Shown piece after piece: positions 57,340 through 64,000 of a DNA stretch of 64,000 nucleotides; the first letter of the stretch is position 1, and the number at the start of each line of letters is the position of its first letter. A program made the position numbers and the translations under genes. The stretch is from Podarcis pityusensis (Eukaryota). The notes under the pieces are model-generated. The model had not been told where the DNA came from, made no database searches, and saw only the letters and a list, made by a program, of their open reading frames with translations. Location of the stretch: assembly GCA_964106645.2 (NCBI GenBank), contig OZ067054.1; one strand, given 5' to 3'.

Positions 57340-60300
57340 CTGTAGAGAGGCAGATGAGAAGAGTTAATACCACAAGCCCCAACTCTCCAGCCACCTATTT
57401 AAAATCTCAACAGCAAAGTAGGTGATGTGTAAGACTAGGCTCAGAAGCCCCTAGCTCAACATTGGGAGTTCAGGTGTCCATTGCCCTAGTTTATAATATG
57501 ATTCAGTGAAAACTGGAAGGCCAAGAGTAATGATTCCTGTGTTTAACTGCTAGCTCTTGTGAAGTGTTCACACAATACATTCTGCCACCTGACATAGTAT
57601 AGCACACAATGAAAGGACTTTGCCCCAGCATCTCTTGCAACATTGCAGGAAATCTTGGGCCACATTTTACAGATTGCACCTAAATTATCACCCCCATAAA
57701 CTTTGATGCCCCAAGCAACTGCTTGAGATGATGGCCCGTGTTTTGGAGGGGAACAAATTCTGATCAGAACTACATTTCAATGAATTTTGACCTATCCAGA
57801 ACTTTCACTATCCAGACCCTAACCTCAGATAGTAAAAGGAATTGTATGTGGTAGTTAAACATATAAAAGGTTGACCTTCTTGAAGCAGGAATAGACAAGA
57901 AAATAAATTCTCCCTAGAATATTACCAAATTAATGTTATTTGGTGCAATAAATATGCAGCTGTTACTTGTTTGTGGCGAGGGTTCCATAGGTATTTCCTC
58001 AAGGCAGTGATTGCCAAGGGGATATCTCATTTTCTCAGCACTCAGTCTGCAATTTCTGGTCACTACAATCCTAACATGTGTAGTAAGAAGTAAGTACCCT
58101 TGAGACCAATGGGGGTTCTTCCCAAGTAAACTGTGCATAAGACTACCGCCTGAGAAAATGCTATTTGCACGCAGTCACAAACACAACACTCTCTTATCAC
58201 ATTCATTGTGAATTAGTGCTGTGTGGAACAGGCTTATGTGTTACAGCCACCTAATGGATACTGCCTGCAACACAGCTAGTAATAAGCAGGACAACCCCTC
58301 TCCACCGCTCCTGCCATTTTATGAATTTTAAAATGCTTTGCCAACTTTAGAGGCTGAATGAACTCTCTCACCCTGTCAGAATAGCAACAATAAAAAGAAA
58401 TACACCAAAAAGGCTACCCAATCCTGCCACAGCAACATTTCACTATTTTATAAACTCCTAAAATAAAAACAACAAAACTCCGACAACCATGTGCTCCTAT
58501 TCCCATGACTGGTACATGGATATTCTGATTTTTTAGATGTGGCAAACAGCAGTATGTCTGTCTCCTGCAGAAAGGCTATCTCCACTGTATAAACCCACTC
58601 TCAATTATGTCAATATAGGATATTGTGTCCCTGGCACTTAATCCAAACTTGATGAAGTTATCATAAATAATTCCAGTGTTTCTCATTTTCTAGATCTCAC
58701 CCCTCCCCTATACAAATTGGCAAAGGAAGCAGGTTCATCTATTTCCCAAAAGCAAGGACTGACCACTTGAGGCAAACAACTAGGAAGCTTCCAGTGCCAA
58801 GTGCAGAATTATGAACTCTTGGTGCTCAGGAGTTGGTTTTTACAATGCCCTGCTTGAATAGAGTTTGCTTCTTTTTTCCTGTAATTCCAGTGACCACAAC
58901 GGATTTGCCAAAAAAGCAGAGAATGTGATTTAGAAAAGCTCTGACCTCTGTCACAACTGGGCTGATCCTAAGCAGAAATCCCTTCCCAAGTACTTACGGT
59001 CAAAAGGCATTGCATAAAGGCAATCATAATACATGGTGAGGCTGTAAAAAGGATTTCAGTTCTAGTTGTTCCTTTCCTTGAGAATAAAACAGACAAGGCT
59101 TTTATAAACTGTAACCTTGGCCAGATAATCCCTGCTAGTTCCTACCAAAGCTCCAGACAGGTTGGTTTCAAATAAACATTCACATTGTAGTAGGTACACC
59201 CTCTGTTCTTCTCAGGATGGGGTGGCGGATGCCGGCTGTTCACCTGATTGTAATCACGAAGCAGGAGTTCACGTTTCACGAGTGTCTCATTTAACATGCA
59301 CAGCGGGAGGGAGAAAAAGGGCAGGTGAAGTCACTCTGGGCCACCTGCAATAGGCCTGTGCTTTTATGTCCTTAGAAAAACTAGCATCATAAGTAGGGTT
59401 TCAAAACTGTTCTGTTTAAAAGCTTCAGCTCTTTTAACATGAAGAATGATCAGCAACTACATGACCAATATGACTATGCACATGTCTGAACTGAGGTGTG
59501 CAAAACCATATGGCAGACATCTCAAGGATGAGAGAGTGTTCCATCTACAAAATAGCTGGAAGAGATCTATTCAGTTAATGACAAGGCGCTTGCAGACTGA
59601 TTTGATCCTGGAATGTCCCACCTTTCCTTAGGATGTCCCTATTTTCATTTCAGAAATGTTGGAAAGTATGGTAGGATGTCCCTATTTTGACTGGAGAAAC
59701 ACTGGAGGGAACAGAATTATCTGACTCCAGAACCATCTGAAGGTAACCCTATTTAAGTAAGTTTTTTTAATGTTTAATGTTTTATTATGCTTTTATACAC
59801 GTTGGAAGCTGCCCAGAGCAGCTGGGACAACCCAGTAAGATGTGGGGAGTCTAAATAGTAAAATTATCAATATGGAATGGGATGTCCCTATTTTCATAAG
59901 AGAAATATTGGAGGGTATCCGCTTGTACCTCCCAACATTCACAGAGCTACCTTCGGTTCTGGAACTCTGAAAATCCTACTTTAATCAGGATATTCTGCTG
60001 TGGCTGACAACAGAGGGCCTGATGTTCTAGGCTAGAGGGTCAACAGTCATAATGAGCCTTCCTTGAAAAGACAACTAAAGAAAATGCAGACAAGTTATCT
60101 GAAAGTAGTTGCTCTTTTCTGGGGAATGGGAGCATATAAGATCAAAGCAAATAGGAAGAAGCAGGACCAGAAAAAGGGGGACTGAAAAAGAGCCTGACAA
60201 AAATAAAAGTTAAAAGGGTTGGACCTGGGATAAGCAGAATTTAGCTTGCAGTGATAGGGCTTTACACTGTACAAGACCTAAACCCCTGCCAGATGGGAGC

Positions 60301-61994
60301 ATTTTTGAATAGGCCCTTTGCCTGGTATGAACAAGCATTCTGTTCAATGCCCCAGTGACACAATTTCTAGATTTGCCACCTCTGACATGCTAATCAAGGA
60401 AAAATGGACAGGCTTTGATCCCTGGAAGGCAGAACCTTTCCACAGCTGCCCCTCCTCTCACTACTGCTCTTACCTCAAGGCCCAAAGATAAGCAAACTTT
60501 CATTCAATCTTTCTTTTCCCCTTGCTAATTTCAGGACATTTTGGTACTAGAACTATTTTTACCAGAGTATTAAAGGAGTATACTTCCAATTATAACAGGT
60601 TTTATGATCCCCTGGGAGCTCAGCAGAGGAACAGGGCATGTATCTGCACAAGCGTGTGTCTGCATGCACACAAACACATATGTACAGCCTTAACTCCTTT
60701 TGGAAAAATAAACCTAAAGGAACAAAGCCCACTAGAATTAGCACTGATCCTGGTAACTTTGCATGGCCGGTATTCTTATTCCCATATTGCAGAATGGACA
60801 GGTGAGAGACTTGCTTGCCTAAGGCAACCGTGGTTTGCTGACAACCATGGTTTGCTGACATTGTCATTTTGTTAAAAGAGAAAGAGATTATCAAGCATCT
60901 CTGTGTTCTTTTCACTATATTTTCTGGAAGCTTGTTGCCTGCTTTAATTTTCCATTTTTCTTTCTAGGCTAATGTGTACTGCTGCTCTGGTCTGTATCCA
61001 TCCTTAGTTGAAACATCGTCTTAATACTGTGACCAGGTGGACTCCATAGCTTCAACCTAAGACTTTTGTTTGTTTGTTTGTTCTTCACTTTCCATGATTT
61101 TGTTTAGCATCTAGCCCAATGAAGAGCTGGAGAACTCAAAAGCTTGCACACTATTTGGGGATATATTTTATCAGCCAAATAAGGGTATTGCCCTGATATG
61201 GATTTTGGAATACCACCACTAGCCATCATTTAATGAGGTACACCCTTTGGCAACTCAGTTGAAGGACATAATTTAACTAGGATTTGAAAAACCTGAAAAA
61301 CAATAATGGCAAGATTATCCAGAAAAAATATTTGAGCAAAGTCCTCAGCTGCTATAAAACTGTTCAGTTCGACTTCACTGAAATGAAGCAGGACTGGCTA
61401 TATATCTCTAGCATCAACCCAAAGAGAAACCTGCTATGACCACAGATGCCACTCTGCCAGCCCGCTCAAATGTGCTCTGCGTTGTTTGACAAAGGAGGGG
61501 GCACAAGGTAATGTGAGTTTTCTGAACATCCAAATAAAACTCAAAAGCAATCTGAATTCATTGAGGCTTATTCCCAAATGAGCAGGGTTATGATTGCAGC
61601 CTGAGAAAAAGTTTCAAAAACAATTTAGCAGAATACATGAAGCAGGAGAGTTGGACTTCATCTAGAGTGAATTTGAACACTGCCTTCCTAGCCATCTTTA
61701 TTTCTGTTTTTCAGTGCACTTGTTTTTCAGTGTAGCTGAAAATTAGTGGCTTTCTTCCATTTGCTGAATGAACAGGTCAGTGTAACTCGAAACCCTGCAT
61801 ATCCCTACATCAGCAGAAGATATCACCTTACTCTTTTGTTATCTCTGATTTTGTCCAAAGCACATGTTATAACAGCAGCGGAGTAAAAGAATAATAAGAA
61901 TAATAATTCTGACAACTTATAAAAAATGCGACTTTAATATTAATGGATTGATTTTTAAAAGCTGATAAATTCAGACAATGTAACTGGCCAACAA

Positions 61995-62349
61995 GGGACG
62001 CGGGTGGCGCTGTGGGTAAAACCTCAGCGCCTAGGACTTGCTGATCGCATGGTCGGTGGTTCGAATCCCCGCGGCGGGGTGCGCTCCCGTCGTTCGGTCC
62101 CAGCGCCTGCCAACCTAGCAGTTCGAAAGCACCCCCGGGTGCAAGTAGATAAATAGGGACCGCTTACCAGCGGGAAGGTAAATGGCGTTCCGTGTGCTGC
62201 GCTGGCTCGCCAGATGCAGCTTGTCACGCTGGCCACGTGACCCGGAAGTGTCTGCGGACAGCGCTGGCTCCCGGCCTATACAGTGAGATGAGCGCACAAC
62301 CCTGGAGTCTGGCAAGACTGGCCCGTACGGGCAGGGGTACCTTTACCTT
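61995..62349 (+). mobile_element. Young Sauria SINE
   Basis: Full length, CpG-intact, perfect 14-bp TSD taactggccaacaa (61981-61994 / 62350-62363). Confidence 0.95.
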
Positions 62350-64000
62350 TAACTGGCCAACAAGTAAATATAAATTGAGAGAGGTTGTGTTTTCTGTTTT
62401 CTAAACTAGCACAAGCATATAATTTGCCCAGTGGTCACTTATGGGATACAAAGCAAGAAAGAAGACGATTAATAGTGGTGCCTGAAAAGAAAGATTTTAA
62501 AAACCCAGAGATCTGTTCGAGACTCAGTTTCTCAAATAAGAGGAAAGGAAGAAGCTGTCTTGTACCAGGTGAAATCCAGTACTGTCACGACTTCATGAAT
62601 CTCCAGGATTTCAAGTAGTGGACTTCCCTCATCACCTGCTACTTGATTATTTTAACTGGAGCTGCCAGGGATTGAACCTGTGGGCTTCCCTCTGAAAAGC
62701 ATGTATTCTACCAATGAGATTTGGCCCTTCCCCATGAGGCAAGGTCAAATATTATTCCACTCCACTGCTGAAACATACGAAGCTGCTTTAAACTGCAATA
62801 GGCCATTGTTCTGCTTAGCCCAGTTTTGCCTGAACTGACTAGGAATGACTCTCTCTGTGACTGTCTATGTGCAGAGCCTCTCCTGTCCATTTACCTCCTG
62901 GCCTTCTTGTCCAGTTTTGACACAGTGTATGAAAAGAGCTGTACACTTAAGTAGAAACAGAAGGGATAGCAGCAGGGAGGAAAATGTAGAAATGTGAAAC
63001 AGGCAAAATGCAACCAATATCAAACATTTTCTGAACTCACAAAAATACCTGCTTCCCTCATCTATACTCTGTTCATGCTTAGAGGCACTTTCCTTCAATA
63101 CTCCTTCACTTCTTCTAAGATTAGACCCTGATACTGAAAACAGGTTCCAAGTCTGGATCCTGGTGAGAATATACTATTTTTTAAAGGATCACATGAACCT
63201 TCGCTTAAAAAATCCAGCAGAGTTTCCAGCTCTACTGACTGAAAGGAAAGACTAGAACTGGGAGAAAACACCAAATCCAACAGACATTCAATATTTCAAC
63301 AGGACTCAATAGTGTGAAGTTGAATTCTGCCAGTTTTTTCAGTTGCTTTCCATACATATGGAAATCTACACTCTCTGGAAAAAACTCAACCACAAGGCAA
63401 ATCAAACAATTTCACTCTGCAGCTTAGGAGCAACCTGATTAGAATCAGAAGCAGTCCAGGTTTCTTTGGATCGTATTTCAGGCCAGCTGAAGTGCTGCAT
63501 TACACTACGAAAGACAGCAGGAATTCTATCTGGCTGTTTGCCTTGCCTTCTTAAGATACGGAGAAGGCTCCACCAGGAAGCAAGGCAACACAACTGATCC
63601 TACGAGCCAGTAAGATAGCACAATTGAAGACATGACAGACATGACCCATCAAGCACAATGTCTGTGCAACCTCTATGCATTTTAATGAAGCATGCACAGA
63701 AGAACTTCCTAGAGGATTGCATCCCATGTTAATTAGCAGATGGCAGTGCATTTTATGCCTCAGCAACCAGAATATCTTGGGCCAGCTCTGCCAAACACAC
63801 ACACACACACACTTTTGTACAAGGACATGAACACCCTTGAAGTGGAGCAGATCACATAATGTATGGCTTGTACTGATCACCTTTGTCTAGAGTTGTACAA
63901 GTTAAGTGCCATGGAAGGCAATATTATTCATGTGTTTCTTCCACCAAGCAGGTCAAAAAAGTAATTTCGTTGTCCCCGAAGGGGGCAATGACAATATAGA

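Noticed and set aside
59200-59350. CpG-containing patch in RFX1 intron 2 as a possible extra exon or the missing exon 2
   Set aside because: No similarity to the RFX1 N-terminus (MATQ...YIVVTV) and weak splice signals. It could be regulatory, but I cannot support that.

Overview
Vertebrate genomic window, most likely from a squamate and probably a lacertid lizard. This is inferred from the Sauria SINEs, other tRNA-derived SINEs and CR1/L2 LINE fragments. It holds two convergent protein-coding genes, arranged as in human 19p13. DCAF15 is on + (coding exons 2-13, 8322-24879; exon 1 not visible and possibly inside the 200-N gap at 4517-4716). RFX1 is on - (coding exons 3-21, 57339-32220; exons 1-2 appear to lie beyond the window end). 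Both exon chains were rebuilt by hand: all introns are GT-AG and phases are consistent. Exon numbers follow my recollection of the human genes. The rest is intron/UTR with many transposon remnants (Sauria SINEs, hAT, Tc1/mariner and Harbinger-like MITEs, L2/CR1 pieces, microsatellites). The best leads are: (1) an unexplained 372-nt, stop-free, phase 0-0 cassette exon in RFX1 intron 7; (2) a repeat-like array of symmetric exons in the RFX1 Q-rich N-terminus, bracketed by inverted SINEs; (3) a candidate spliced divergent transcript with small ORFs upstream of DCAF15; (4) possible splicing-regulatory features in DCAF15. I see no prokaryote-type system such as CRISPR, and none of these leads is proven novel without database searches.
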